Source: Histomonas meleagridis 2922-C6/04-290x | Lineage: Eukaryota; Protista; Parabasalia | Direction: 5' to 3' | Length of the DNA: 64,000 bases | Assembly (NCBI GenBank): GCA_020184695.1 | Contig: JAANOX010000142.1 | Span: forward strand, 310,001 to 374,000 | Part shown: one piece after another, positions 30,791-42,534 of the stretch | How the letters are laid out: every line of letters starts with the position of its first letter | Position numbering within the stretch: the first letter of the stretch is position 1 | Made by a program: the position numbers and the translations under genes | The notes under the pieces: generated by a model | Told to the model about the DNA's origin: nothing | Seen by the model: the letters and a program-made list of their open reading frames with translations, nothing else | Databases searched by the model: none

Positions 30791-33583
30791 TCAACACAAA
30801 AGAAATTGTTGCAACAAATCCTTTGCAACTTCTCTTTCTTCTTTTGTTATACTTTCAGCGATTCCATGTATCATATTTAATCTTTGAGAGAACTTTGCAG
30901 TAATTTTTTTAATTTTTATATCGTCAGCATTTTTCGTCAAAAACATTACATACAAAACCGCCAACAGAATACTTACTTGTTCGATATTAATATAAAATCT
31001 TAATTCTCTACAACCCAAAACAGCATCATCATTTAATCTTATTTCAAAAACGTAAAAATCATTTTCATTTTCGTCATGATTATACTCAGATATTGACGCT
31101 ACCATTGTATAATTATTAAAATCTTTCGAATGAAGATTAATTAAGTTACCAGTTTCATTATATATGAAAATAAATCCCAAATTTTGTTGTTCCACTTTAA
31201 AGTCATTAATATTCCTTCCTTTAATCATTGGAATTGCCTTAAATTTATAGTTAAATATATTTGTATTAATACTATCATTAATTTTTGTAATGAAATTCTT
31301 AAATTCAATTGAATCATTTGATGAAATTTCAAATTTATTATTACTTTCAATTAATTGGAATATATAAATGTCGAAAAATAACTTCGATTCTAATCGATCG
31401 AGTGCGTCGACGTTATTTTTCTTATTAGGCAATAAGATTAAAGTGCTTGAATTCAATGAAATGAAACCAATATCAATTAATAATGAATGAGCAATTGATG
31501 TATTATCATTTCTTTCATGATCTTCATATTCAACGAATTCTTCTTCTTGAAACATTTTTTCCATATCATCGAAAGCTTTTTGATATGTTTCACTTATCGA
31601 ATTATTTTTAGGTTTGAAACAATCTTTACCGAAGGTATCATATGACTTTAAGTTTTGGAATGTAAAATTTTCTGATGGTAAATTATATGAATATTTAGTT
31701 ATATCCTTAATGTTATATATTGTCATACCTAATGCATGTCGAATGACAATTTGATTATCGTTATGTATTGAAAATATATAATCATTTGATATATACATTT
31801 TTGTGTTTTCTGTAATTGCATATTGTGAATTACATTTAAGGATTTTACCTCCTGTGATTAATGCTAATTTACACATTTGATTTAACTTGCTTAATGATTC
31901 ATTAGTTTCATTGTTATCTTTATTGAGAAATCGATTGATTTCATTCGAATTAATAAGAAATATGTTCTTTATCGATAATATATAAAACGATAATAAAAAT
32001 CGTAACTTATCATGAAATGTTAACGTTAATGAATCAATGACATTCCAAACTTTATCTTTGATTGGACTTATTGTTAAATTTTTGGTTATTTTATTAAATT
32101 CATTACCTTCAAAATCAATGAGTAAACTCGTCAACAAAAACAAATTCGATAAATTATTCGTAAATTTATGGATTTCTTCAGTCGCTTTAGCATTAATATA
32201 TTGATTAAATTGATACCAAAAGAAGTCATTACGTTGACAAAACAAAAATAATAATAACGACGGAATTATTAGAGTTAAATTATATGGAAAATCTTCTAAC
32301 GTTTTATATATTAAATTGGTTAATGTGTTTACATACGTCTCATCGTTTTTCTTTATCATATATATATAATTCACTAAATACATTAAATGTAAATTGATTT
32401 CAACATCTTTGAGTTCACTTTTGATGTAACGTTGCGAAAATGAAATCACACCAAACTTTGATAACGTAAATGGATTCGTCATAAAGAAGTCATACGCATA
32501 AACAGGTAAATACCAAAACAAATCGGTTTCTTTACCTTCAGGCGTCGACAGCTGAAAGTCAATATGATTATTAGCCATTTCATGTAATTCCTTCCCTTTT
32601 TCTTCGTCACCATATTTAATAAGCTCAAACAAAGGATGATATTTCCCGATGTTTGGGATGTTGATTGATATCCATTCGAAATAATCGTTTTTGATTTCAT
32701 CGGTAGGCCACTTTTTAAATGCATTTGAATCGTTTCTGTTCGTTTGCTTCCATAACATGACCACATTTGAAAACGCTTTGTCTTTGTCTGGTTTGGGGAA
32801 GCCGTTTATCTTCGTGGAGAAATAATTCAGAACAAAGCGACGGTTATCATCGAAACCGTTTCCGTTGATTTTGTTTTTGTATAGCTCATTGAAACTTTGT
32901 ATCCAGGCGGTTCTGAACACATCAAATTTGAATAGTTTACTCAGATTCGAGTCAATTTGTTCCAGGAGTTCACGATTTGGCTTTTCGATGATTTTTAAGA
33001 CATTTTCTTGGAGTTCTTTGACGACTTCATTTTTGCCTTGGTATGGAGGCTTGGCCGTAAGTAAGTCGTAACAAGCATTAATTAGGAATTTCGTGAATAA
33101 TGTTATTGCTTGTAGGCTTAATTCATAATTATTATCAGTATAACACGATGTTATCACTTGAAGAAATCCTGGAGTAAGGCTCTGGTTATCTGTTTCAAGG
33201 AATGAGTCGTTTAGAAATATTTGTGATAAATGGCATAAGCAGATTTTGAGATATTTCTGATTGCTTTCTTTTGTCCGACTTTTGTCTGATTCGAAAAAAA
33301 ACGTAATGATAAGGTGCGAATAAAATTGTAACGCCTTACGATAAATTTGTGAAGTTGGATCTTCGATACGTAATGAATAACCAAAACACGTAAGAAGCCA
33401 ATCGAGTTGCTCGTCTGGGAATTTATGATTAAGTGCATTTGATACGCTAAAAACGACATTTTTCGCAATTTGTATGGCATCTTCTGTGGAATACTTTAAC
33501 AAAGGACACGGAAAAGAAAGGTCAATATCTAAGGAGGGGCTTTTAAGGAACTGATAGTCTGATAGGCTCTTGGTGATTTTCAT
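30791..33583 (-). CDS. Large hypothetical protein (930 aa); helical N-terminus, possibly tuberin/RalGAP-related
   Basis: Long uninterrupted ORF. The N-terminal WLLTCFGYSLRI segment is loosely reminiscent of the RalGAP/tuberin family, which is a weak inference. Confidence 0.6.
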   Translation of the reverse strand: MKITKSLSDYQFLKSPSLDIDLSFPCPLLKYSTEDAIQIAKNVVFSVSNALNHKFPDEQLDWLLTCFGYSLRIEDPTSQIYRKALQFYSHLIITFFFESDKSRTKESNQKYLKICLCHLSQIFLNDSFLETDNQSLTPGFLQVITSCYTDNNYELSLQAITLFTKFLINACYDLLTAKPPYQGKNEVVKELQENVLKIIEKPNRELLEQIDSNLSKLFKFDVFRTAWIQSFNELYKNKINGNGFDDNRRFVLNYFSTKINGFPKPDKDKAFSNVVMLWKQTNRNDSNAFKKWPTDEIKNDYFEWISINIPNIGKYHPLFELIKYGDEEKGKELHEMANNHIDFQLSTPEGKETDLFWYLPVYAYDFFMTNPFTLSKFGVISFSQRYIKSELKDVEINLHLMYLVNYIYMIKKNDETYVNTLTNLIYKTLEDFPYNLTLIIPSLLLFLFCQRNDFFWYQFNQYINAKATEEIHKFTNNLSNLFLLTSLLIDFEGNEFNKITKNLTISPIKDKVWNVIDSLTLTFHDKLRFLLSFYILSIKNIFLINSNEINRFLNKDNNETNESLSKLNQMCKLALITGGKILKCNSQYAITENTKMYISNDYIFSIHNDNQIVIRHALGMTIYNIKDITKYSYNLPSENFTFQNLKSYDTFGKDCFKPKNNSISETYQKAFDDMEKMFQEEEFVEYEDHERNDNTSIAHSLLIDIGFISLNSSTLILLPNKKNNVDALDRLESKLFFDIYIFQLIESNNKFEISSNDSIEFKNFITKINDSINTNIFNYKFKAIPMIKGRNINDFKVEQQNLGFIFIYNETGNLINLHSKDFNNYTMVASISEYNHDENENDFYVFEIRLNDDAVLGCRELRFYINIEQVSILLAVLYVMFLTKNADDIKIKKITAKFSQRLNMIHGIAESITKEEREVAKDLLQQFLLC

Positions 33584-33667
33584 CCCTTAGAGAGTATTTG
33601 GGGTGCTCTGAAAAATCGATAAATGAATTGACCGTTTAATTAAACGGTATACAAAAAATCATCTGAA

Positions 33668-35896
33668 ATGTCCTTTGTATTAAACATTTTACTTGCTTTC
33701 GGATTATGTTTTTCTGATCAAAACAACAAAGAAGCTAAAAGAATTGAAGAGCCAGATTTAAATGGATTTCATGAGAAATACAACAAACCATTTATTGATG
33801 AAAAAACGGGACTGAATTACTATTTAAATCTGTTCAATATTTTCACTCCCCCTCCTCGCCTTTCGAAATATATAGATTATTCTCTGATTGCTTGTAATTT
33901 TTCAAGTGATAAATGTTTACCAATCATCCCAAAAAATCAACAAATTATACACAGCACACAAAAACCTAATTCAATACATATCGAGTTCACAAGTGATAAG
34001 CCAATTTTTAATATCAAAAAATGGAAATTAAATTTCAATTTTAAACAAGCATTCACAGATATTCTTTCATCAATTGAAACAGTAGATGATACGATTATAT
34101 TTACAATTACTTTAAACACAAAAACAACAAATTCTAACCAAGAAAAGTGTTACTTCACCACTACACAGGGCACCCGAACGATAGAATTCAATGCTTCACT
34201 TTTTGATACGGAAGACGGTTATCAGATCATCTCTCATTCGGTTCCAGGGATTTCTTTAAATGACGATATTTCTGTTTTTTATCAACCATGTAGCTTAATG
34301 CCATGTCCTCTTTTTATGACATGCCCACATGAAAAGGAAGCATATCTTTGGGTTTGTGATGACATGCCAACATGCGCAGGATTTGGCACTTTTGATGGAG
34401 GAATTTCACTCAAACAAATCTCATCGTCGCAAATTTTTAGTGGAATTCGAGTCTCATATTCGAATAACCAAAGCCTTTTTTCGTACGTTGATTATTTTTG
34501 TGATTATAGTCTTAAAAAAGGCGAAATTAAACTTCTTGATTCAACATTAGTCTTATCAGCAAATGGGAAAATCTTTCATTTTCAAGCATTGAGTCGTGAT
34601 GCATGTCCTTTAGGTGACGTATTACCAACTCCACAACCATTTTACCCAAGTATTCCAGAGCCAGGTCATACATCTACTCCTTCACCTATACCATCACCAA
34701 ATGGGAAATTCTTTACATACAATGAAACACATTACATCGAATTTGACTTAAAAAATTTCGATCAATCAACACATTCATCTTTACATATCTTAACATGGAA
34801 AGATAATGTCCGCGACTTAGACGTATACATGTCATTATGGGATGGAACAAAATGCCCTCCTGGTTACATGTGTAATGAGTTCCAAGATGACGTAGCAAAT
34901 GTATGGGGATGTTGGATCGACGCTGATCTCAAAGCGATTTGTTTCCCAATTGGGAATTTGTCTGAAGATATAAGAATAGAAGAGTTAGGAAAAGGTATAA
35001 TGGTCTCTTATAATGGCTTATATGGAACAAAAACGGAATTTAGATATCAATGTGATGAAAATTTGGGAGATTATAACTATGTACTTGAGAACGGCGTAGG
35101 ATATCACTCGGGTCTATCCGGTGTGGAGTATAGTTTCGACGCTAGATCTGGCGGAATTTGTCAGAAAGCATTTATTGCACCAGAATTCCCTCATTTCACT
35201 CCTTCTCCTTCACCAGTGGTAATGGGTGACCCGATCATCCAAAAGACGCTTTATTCTGAAGATAAAGTTATTGATTTTGATTTATCGGAAATGAATGTGC
35301 AAAACATTCAAGCAATACTTAGAAATACGGACGGATATGAAAACGTATTGATATCGTTTTCTCCGAATAAGAGAACAGATTGTATTGCTGGATATAATTG
35401 TGGAGATTTCGATGACGCTAATGTTTGGTTATGTTGGGAAGAAAAAAGGTGTTTTCCAGTTGGTGACGCGAGATATGGATACACTATAGAGTTAGTTGAT
35501 GATTCTGATTTAGGTCGCGGAGTTAATCTGACAGTTAATGGAGGTTTGGGCGGTTATATGACAACGGTTATATTTTCATGTAACATGTCAGCCAAAAGTG
35601 TATCATTTGAACAGTTTGGTGAAATAGATCAAAGAGTTATATTATATGCATCATCAACAAATGCTTGTGTTACAGACCGGGTGGAGAACTTCAAAATTGG
35701 GTCGATGTTTCTCTTAGTAATACTTACATTGATTACAGTTTATTTGTCGTTTGGTACATTCATTGGATATTGCGCGAGAAAAGATATCTTTATGCCAAAC
35801 GAAAACTTTTGGAATGAGTTCTCTCTATGTGTCAAAGAAGCGTTATCGTTTATTTTCTCATGTAGGCGTTCACATGACGAATATGTTAATATATAA
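33668..35896 (+). CDS. Type I membrane protein of the mannose-6-phosphate receptor / ATG27 family with multiple MRH-like domains
   Basis: Signal peptide and repeated Cys-patterned domains (DANVWLCW...CFPVGD, T...F.C). A TM helix is followed by MPNENFW, a conserved PN..FW motif, and a terminal YxxPhi signal (YVNI). Confidence 0.75.
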   Translation: MSFVLNILLAFGLCFSDQNNKEAKRIEEPDLNGFHEKYNKPFIDEKTGLNYYLNLFNIFTPPPRLSKYIDYSLIACNFSSDKCLPIIPKNQQIIHSTQKPNSIHIEFTSDKPIFNIKKWKLNFNFKQAFTDILSSIETVDDTIIFTITLNTKTTNSNQEKCYFTTTQGTRTIEFNASLFDTEDGYQIISHSVPGISLNDDISVFYQPCSLMPCPLFMTCPHEKEAYLWVCDDMPTCAGFGTFDGGISLKQISSSQIFSGIRVSYSNNQSLFSYVDYFCDYSLKKGEIKLLDSTLVLSANGKIFHFQALSRDACPLGDVLPTPQPFYPSIPEPGHTSTPSPIPSPNGKFFTYNETHYIEFDLKNFDQSTHSSLHILTWKDNVRDLDVYMSLWDGTKCPPGYMCNEFQDDVANVWGCWIDADLKAICFPIGNLSEDIRIEELGKGIMVSYNGLYGTKTEFRYQCDENLGDYNYVLENGVGYHSGLSGVEYSFDARSGGICQKAFIAPEFPHFTPSPSPVVMGDPIIQKTLYSEDKVIDFDLSEMNVQNIQAILRNTDGYENVLISFSPNKRTDCIAGYNCGDFDDANVWLCWEEKRCFPVGDARYGYTIELVDDSDLGRGVNLTVNGGLGGYMTTVIFSCNMSAKSVSFEQFGEIDQRVILYASSTNACVTDRVENFKIGSMFLLVILTLITVYLSFGTFIGYCARKDIFMPNENFWNEFSLCVKEALSFIFSCRRSHDEYVNI

Positions 35897-35967
35897 ATTG
35901 TTGTTTCCCGAATTTTTAATTTTGAAATGTTTTAAACTATTCGAATCAATTATAATTCTGTCTGAAA

Positions 35968-36387
35968 ATGGGTGCAGTGTTTTGTAATTTTTCCACAGAG
36001 TTCACTGAATGCCATTTAGATGCAAAACCCATCTCTAACAATATGTATGCGGTTTCAATGGTCCGTGTTTTAGCCCCCGAGCGAAAACATATAGAATCAG
36101 ATTTTTCAGACTTTCAAAATAAGCTCATTAAAAACATTACATTTGATCAAAATGACCTTCCTCTACAGACCTTGGATAAACATAATGATGATATCTCTTT
36201 ATTACATTGGGAACTTCGTCTATATCCTTTGATGCACAACACCAACAATTTTGAACCAATTGTATTCAATTGTTTACTTCACATTAATACAATTATTTCA
36301 ATGTTCTTGTTAGCGGTTTATATCAAACTCCTTCAGAAAAATTCAACGTCGAATCACAAAAAGTTTATCAAAAAGATGATGAATTGA
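35968..36387 (+). CDS. Hypothetical protein (139 aa)
   Basis: ATG-initiated ORF with no recognised family. It may be a fragment. Confidence 0.35.
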   Translation: MGAVFCNFSTEFTECHLDAKPISNNMYAVSMVRVLAPERKHIESDFSDFQNKLIKNITFDQNDLPLQTLDKHNDDISLLHWELRLYPLMHNTNNFEPIVFNCLLHINTIISMFLLAVYIKLLQKNSTSNHKKFIKKMMN

Positions 36388-36493
36388 AAACAAAAAAAAA
36401 ACATAACCAAAAATGTTTTTGTTTTTGTTCTTTTTTTCATGAATTCTTATCGAATAATTTCCAATTATGATAATTCAACGCTTCTAATAGAAA

Positions 36494-37293
36494 ATGAATG
36501 ATTTTAAAAATATAAATTCTTATGCAAATATAATTGAAAATATTATTCTTGAAAACATCACTATAATTCAGGGTATCTCTTCCATTGAATGGCCATTAGT
36601 TCTTCGTGTTAAATTTAGTAATTCAGTAACACACATTGGATCCGCAGCATTTTCATGCATACCATTGTTTACACATTCATTCACTAATTCGAACACCTTC
36701 AGTGAATCAAATACATATACATCATCAAATACATTTACTAAACCAAACACATACACACAAGCAAGTGCATTAACTAAACCAAATACATATACCATGTTTA
36801 CAAATTCAAATACAATTTCGAAATCACTTCAAAGTGATCTAACTTTATCCTTTTCTTATATATTAACTATTTCATTATCGTTTACACAATCGTTTGCCAT
36901 TTATGAAACACAAACGAAATCATTTTCGTTGTTTATAAGTCAACATTTTCATATATTGAAACGGAATTTATTTTTTATGATTACACAATTGTTATTTACT
37001 CGACGTATTATAATTATTATTCAAATTATTACACATATATAAGTTATATTATAAATGAATCATCGAATGGAATTACAACACCAGCTTTAGTTGGAATAAT
37101 TTGTGGATCAATTGCATTTGTTTTGATAATTATTGGAATTGTTATATTTTTAGTTAAATATAACAATAAAAAAGATAAAATTACTCCAAAATTACACTTC
37201 AAAGATTCAACAACATCAAGTACAAAACAAAGTGAAAATGTAAATTATTTAGTTGCAGATATTGTTAAAGAAGATGAAGATATTTGGTTATAA
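36494..37293 (+). pseudogene. Truncated, frameshifted BspA-like surface protein (S/T/N-rich stalk, TM, acidic tail)
   Basis: BspA unit VKFSNSVTHIGSAAFSC and SNTFT/YT repeats. After a frameshift near 36935 come ALVGIICGSIAFVLIIIGIVIFLV (TM) and the tail EDEDIWL* (TAA 37291-37293). This parallels the C-terminus of 54134..56524. Confidence 0.7.
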
Positions 37294-38295
37294 TGAAAAT
37301 ATATATAATAAAAATTAATTATTCTGATTTTGATATGATATAAAAATTTGAAATATTTTTCTATGCGATTTCGTAATATTTTTAGGAATCAATTGATGCT
37401 ACAAAATGCGCATACAAAAAAGATATATCCCTTTATAAAGGGATCTGTTTCTGATTATACTTTTATGTAACTGGATCGACTTTCAATATCATTTGAAATA
37501 GTTGGTATTCATATGGTAGGAATAATTTAAGAAGGTGTTTGATAGCTTAATGCAAATTATAATTTAAAGATTATTTACTATAAGGAACCCTAACGGGTAC
37601 TACAGCACAAATGGATTCAATAATGTGTACAATAATTGTATACACTCATCTTACCAATGTTGACAATGTTGCCAAATTTGAAGAAAATGGTGTTTAAATT
37701 AATGTTCCAAATGCATATGCATTGACGGCCGTCAAATCTAGAGCATAATCAAAGCTATGAACTTGGATTAGGTTGAATAACATGACTAAATATGGAAATT
37801 TAGTATTTTCGTTAATTATTTACGATGTAATAATAATTTTAGATTTGATTAAATTGATTTTTAAGTAGACTTGTAGAAAATAATATTTGATATGAAATAT
37901 TAATCAATATTTAATGTGTAACTAATGCATTAAATTTGCTCAATAAATTTTTATGGTGGTTGCAGAAAGGACTTTTGAATCCTTAACGAACAAATAAGTA
38001 ACAGGAAATTATCTGATTACCCGATAGGTATCCTACAAATAATAAAGATTGGACTTTAAAAATATATATTTTGAAAAAATTGATTTCGAAATTTCCATTT
38101 TGATCTGTATATTTTTTTTTTCTCAATTTGAAAACAGATTTTTACTTAATTGATGATAAGAACTTAATAAAAATCAAAAAATTCAACAGAATATGGTTAT
38201 TTTCTCAGTTTGATTCCCCTACAAATCGCTCTTTCTATCGTTGACGATATATTTTTAGGACAAATTTCCCAACATTTGTGAAAAAGTAAACGGCA

Positions 38296-38680
38296 TCATA
38301 GACGAAAAGAAGAGAAAATATCGGAAATGGCCAACTGCACATTAACTACTATCGAAAAAAAGACTCTTTGTGACCATGTGTTTATTGTGTGAATTTTATA
38401 TTTAATTGTTGTATTAATTGATTCTTTCGTTAGTAGTAACTTAACAACTTTGATTAAATACACATGTGTAAAGGTGACCAATTAGTACAAAATTGATTCC
38501 ATCATCATAACATAAATTTACGTCAATTCTATTATCATTGAGTAAAATTTGAATAATTTCCAAATTTTCTTCTTCTGTTAATGTCGACCATTTCCAGTTG
38601 TTTCATCACATTCATTATTATTTAAACCTTTATGTGCTAATAATAAAAATATCGAAACAATCCGTTCAGAAGTCAATTCT
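38296..38680 (-). pseudogene. Degenerate ankyrin-repeat fragment
   Basis: Frameshifted pieces NLEIIQILLNDNRIDVNL, SPLHMC and IKVVKLLLTKESIN on the minus strand. Confidence 0.5.
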
Positions 38681-38840
38681 ATGTCTGCGTTTTATTTTAA
38701 TGTCATAATCTTTCAAAAAAATATCAAAAAATTTTTACAGAAGGATTTTTAAATATATCAAATATATAAAAAGTTTTTTAAGCAATTTGACGAAAGGCAT
38801 TAATGAAATAAATAAATAGAATTTTCTAATAAATAAATAA

Positions 38841-39432
38841 CAAGAAGGAATTGATATTAATGCTAAAGATATTTATTTGTTTTATTTGATATTTCTTTTA
38901 ATAATTTTGGATTTCAAAATAATATTTAGAAATTATTTAAATTATTTAGAACAGCACTTATTTTGGCATCTTCAAGAGGTTATATAGAAATAGTTAAATT
39001 ACTTCTTGAACAAGAAGGAATTGATATTAATGCTAAAGATATTTATTTGTTTTATTTGAAATTTATTTTAATAATTTTATATTTCAAAATAATATTTGGA
39101 AATTATTTAAATTATTTGGAACAGCACTTATTTTAGCATCTAGAAATGGTCATACAGAAATAGTTAAATTACTTCTTGAACAAGAAGGAATTGATATTAA
39201 TGATAAAGATATTTATTTGTTTTATTTGAAATTTATTTTAATAATTTTATATTTCAAAATAATATTTGGAAATCATTTAAATTATTTCAAACAGCACTTA
39301 TATTAGCATCTGAATATGGTCATACAGAAATAGTTAAATTACTTCTTGAACAAGAAGGAATTGATATTAATGATAAAGATATTTATTTGTTTTATATTAT
39401 ATTTGTTTTAATAATTTGATATTTCAAAATAA
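38841..39432 (+). pseudogene. Orphan fragment of a spacer-interrupted ankyrin array (3.5 units, 170-nt period), with no upstream domain and truncated within a spacer
   Basis: Junctions at 38871-38950 (D-W-R-R), 39041-39120 (E-Y-G-G) and 39211-39290 (E-Y-G-Q). The fourth junction from 39381 (Y-D) breaks off after ATTTCAAAATAA at about 39432. Confidence 0.8.
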
Positions 39433-40109
39433 CTAGAGTCTAGGGAAAACCAGAATCGTTCCGACTCTTGGAAATGTCCCTTCAGAAAATTTGTAATTAC
39501 TTTTTCGAGCATATACACTCAAAAATATAAATAAAATTTTATAGTAAAAATTATTTGGCTAGATTCGGATTATTTAAGTATATGACTTTTATTTATATAA
39601 ATTGAATATTCCGAAATCTGATCAAAAAATTATTTCAGTATTTTTTGATTGTTTACACATATCAATATTCGCAATAGCATTGCTAAGTCTATTATTGGGT
39701 TTTTTCTAGAAATATTATTGATTTTAAGAAAAAGTACATTTCTTATGAAAATTTACATGCCAAAAGATCATCAAGACTCTAGAAACTCACCTTTTTTTCT
39801 CTTAAAAATTTTATATAAGCATTTATATATACTAAATTTAATTAATTTGAAATATTTAAGGATTTCTTCTGCTGAATTTCGAGAAAAAGTAGTATTTTGC
39901 ACGCCGATTTAAAAACCGTAATCTCTTGAATAATACAAGGGTTGACTTTGAGGTTACTCAGAAGCGAATTCGCTTATGAATTCATAAAAAAAGTGATCAT
40001 GATTAAATATGTTTTTTTCAGATCTGAATCTTTGAATTTTTTTTTTGAATTGATATCTGTACAGATTTCAACCCTAAGAACTAAACGATCAAATTCAACA
40101 GAATTCTGA

Positions 40110-41435
40110 ATGAAAAAGTCTTTGGTGCCTGCACTTCCTTCATTAAGACCTGCTTCACCAAGCTTAGCTGAAACACCGAGAGGAACATTTACAAGTTCAA
40201 TTGCTTCTAAAAGTCCAAAATATAATTCTGATTTTGAAGTTAATCGATCATTATTCCTTACACAAAGCAAAAAACATTCAACAGGAAGTCCACGTAGCCC
40301 TAAGAAGCAACGCGTAACACCAAATATGCAGCTACCAAAAATCGAAAGTCCAAATAAATCACCAAATCCAGAATTACTTCAAATTAAAGAATTAACTGAA
40401 AGAATCCCAGATAACGTATCATCTATTGAAGAAAATGATATTTACAAACTCTCACCAATTCTTGACAGAATTTTATGTGTTATCAGTTCATGGGAAATTA
40501 ACTTTATTCAAACAATTTCAAACGATCCAATAATTATTTCGTTACAACAAAAGTTATTTGGGCTCATTGATATCAATGATTTTTTGCTTCGAACAATAAT
40601 ATGTCGAATTTTATTAACATTTGCAACATCTCCGTCATCTCCACTTCTTTTACCAGTATCCAGAATCTTTTACAAGCTTAGCTGTGATCAATCTAACGAC
40701 CAATTTTTTTATGATGAATCACTTGATGAAGTACTCATCAAGCTTATTCGTATTTCACAACCTGAGTCACGTGTTTTTGCAGCTGGAGCACTTCGGAACA
40801 TTGCCTCCTTTGGGCCTATTCGCGAGAAACTTAATTCGAACAATTTTATTAATTTTTTAAAGGAAATTTTTGAAGATGAAAAAAGTGATTCCTTAATCAA
40901 AATACAACTCCTTGGTGCCACACGACAAATGTGTAAGAGTCACTCGTTTCGAAAAACTCTTTCTGAACAAGAATTTTTAGTTAAAGAATTGATGGAACCG
41001 GAAACGTTTAACGATGCATTAAAAACGGTTTTTTTCGTTCAAGAATTGAATGTCGATAAAAAACTGACGGTGTTGAAATATTTGAATGGAATTGAATTGA
41101 ACGACGATCAAACAAAATTGAATGTTGTTAAAAGTTTAAGTGTTTTATCTGTTGGTACAGAGGGAACAAATGAATTGGAAAACTTGATAATAAAACTTAT
41201 TAAGTGTATTGACGAACAAGATGCTTTGATTGCAATTATGAAGATTGCTAATAGATGCACTGAAAAATCAGTTGATATACTTGGGGAAAATGCTACTGTT
41301 TTTGTAAAACTTTTGGAAAACCAAGATTATGATACGACACTGAAAAGGTTAGTTTATCAAATTTTGAAAAAAATCAAAAGAGATGATTTATCGAAAATAA
41401 TTTCAGAGAATTCTTTTCTTGAAAAAATTAGTTAA
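40110..41435 (+). CDS. Armadillo-repeat protein (ARMC2-like)
   Basis: Disordered S/P-rich N-terminus, then ARM-like helices IFYKLSCDQSNDQFF...RVFAAGALRNIA. Confidence 0.6.
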   Translation: MKKSLVPALPSLRPASPSLAETPRGTFTSSIASKSPKYNSDFEVNRSLFLTQSKKHSTGSPRSPKKQRVTPNMQLPKIESPNKSPNPELLQIKELTERIPDNVSSIEENDIYKLSPILDRILCVISSWEINFIQTISNDPIIISLQQKLFGLIDINDFLLRTIICRILLTFATSPSSPLLLPVSRIFYKLSCDQSNDQFFYDESLDEVLIKLIRISQPESRVFAAGALRNIASFGPIREKLNSNNFINFLKEIFEDEKSDSLIKIQLLGATRQMCKSHSFRKTLSEQEFLVKELMEPETFNDALKTVFFVQELNVDKKLTVLKYLNGIELNDDQTKLNVVKSLSVLSVGTEGTNELENLIIKLIKCIDEQDALIAIMKIANRCTEKSVDILGENATVFVKLLENQDYDTTLKRLVYQILKKIKRDDLSKIISENSFLEKIS

Positions 41436-41668
41436 TTTTTGTTTGTTAGTAAACCGGGTTTATATTTTTTTAATGAAAAAAATTACCACGAACAATGCAG
41501 AATGACCATATACGACACAGAACACGTTCGATTTGTCAAAAGGCACCCCAACAATTGGAGAACGTTTGTTGAACCTGTGGATTTAATTCGATGGGCAATT
41601 TTTTCCCTTTCTGCAACTGAAAACAATTCAATAAACCAACAATAACCGAAAACGTTAAGCCAATCTCG

Positions 41669-42274
41669 ATGCTTGGGAAGAAGTTTGATTATTCACTCAA
41701 AGTTGTTGTTGTAGGAGATTCTGGAGTCGGAAAAACATGCTTGCTTATAAGGTTTGTTCGCGGACTCTTCGATGAGGAATCTCAACCCACATTAGGTGTT
41801 GAATTTATGACAAAGATCGTTCAAACAGAGCACCACCGCATTCAGCTTCAGCTTTGGGATACTGCTGGACAAGAACTCTTTAGGTCTGTTACACGTGGTT
41901 ATTACAGGGGATCAGCAGGTGCTTTATTAGTTTTTGATTTAACAAATCGCGACTCATTTGAAAACATCGGAAGATGGCTTCAAGATATTAAAGATGTTGC
42001 AAGATCTGATGTTGTTACCCTTCTTTTAGGAAACAAATCAGACCTTACTGCTGAACGAAAAGTTTCAAAAGATGAAGCCGAATCATTTGCCAAAACACAT
42101 AACATGCAATATTTCGAAACCTCGGCAAAAACAGGCGAACAAATTCAACAAGCTATTGATGCATGCGTTGCTATTATCGAGAAGAATGTTGATGATGGTG
42201 CCTATGAAGTTGCGCCCAACAATGACAATGTTGATTTCCAGCAAGAAGAGCCAAAGCCAACATGCCCTTGCTAA
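41669..42274 (+). CDS. Rab-family small GTPase
   Basis: GDSGVGKT, PTLGVEF, WDTAGQE, YYRG, GNKSD and ETSAK, plus a C-terminal CPC geranylgeranylation motif. Confidence 0.96.
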   Translation: MLGKKFDYSLKVVVVGDSGVGKTCLLIRFVRGLFDEESQPTLGVEFMTKIVQTEHHRIQLQLWDTAGQELFRSVTRGYYRGSAGALLVFDLTNRDSFENIGRWLQDIKDVARSDVVTLLLGNKSDLTAERKVSKDEAESFAKTHNMQYFETSAKTGEQIQQAIDACVAIIEKNVDDGAYEVAPNNDNVDFQQEEPKPTCPC

Positions 42275-42534
42275 AAATTTAAGATAAAATTTCATTCTCA
42301 AACATTAGAACGCTATTCCCACTTTTTCTTAAAGGTAACTTGAATTGAATTCGTTTTGATCGTTTGTATTTGATTTTACTTCACTTTCATTACATTTTGC
42401 TTTTGCTCTTATGAGTTAAAAACTTATTGGGTACACTGCCCTTAATTACTTTTTACAAAATCACAAGAAAATTTTTGGTCAGTTCATAAAAATCAGAAAA
42501 CAATTATTTGGATAATATGAAAGGTTTGCATTGT

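Noticed and set aside
37560-37800. Possible further transposase relic (ICIDGRQ-like fragment)
   Set aside because: Too short and degenerate to support a call.
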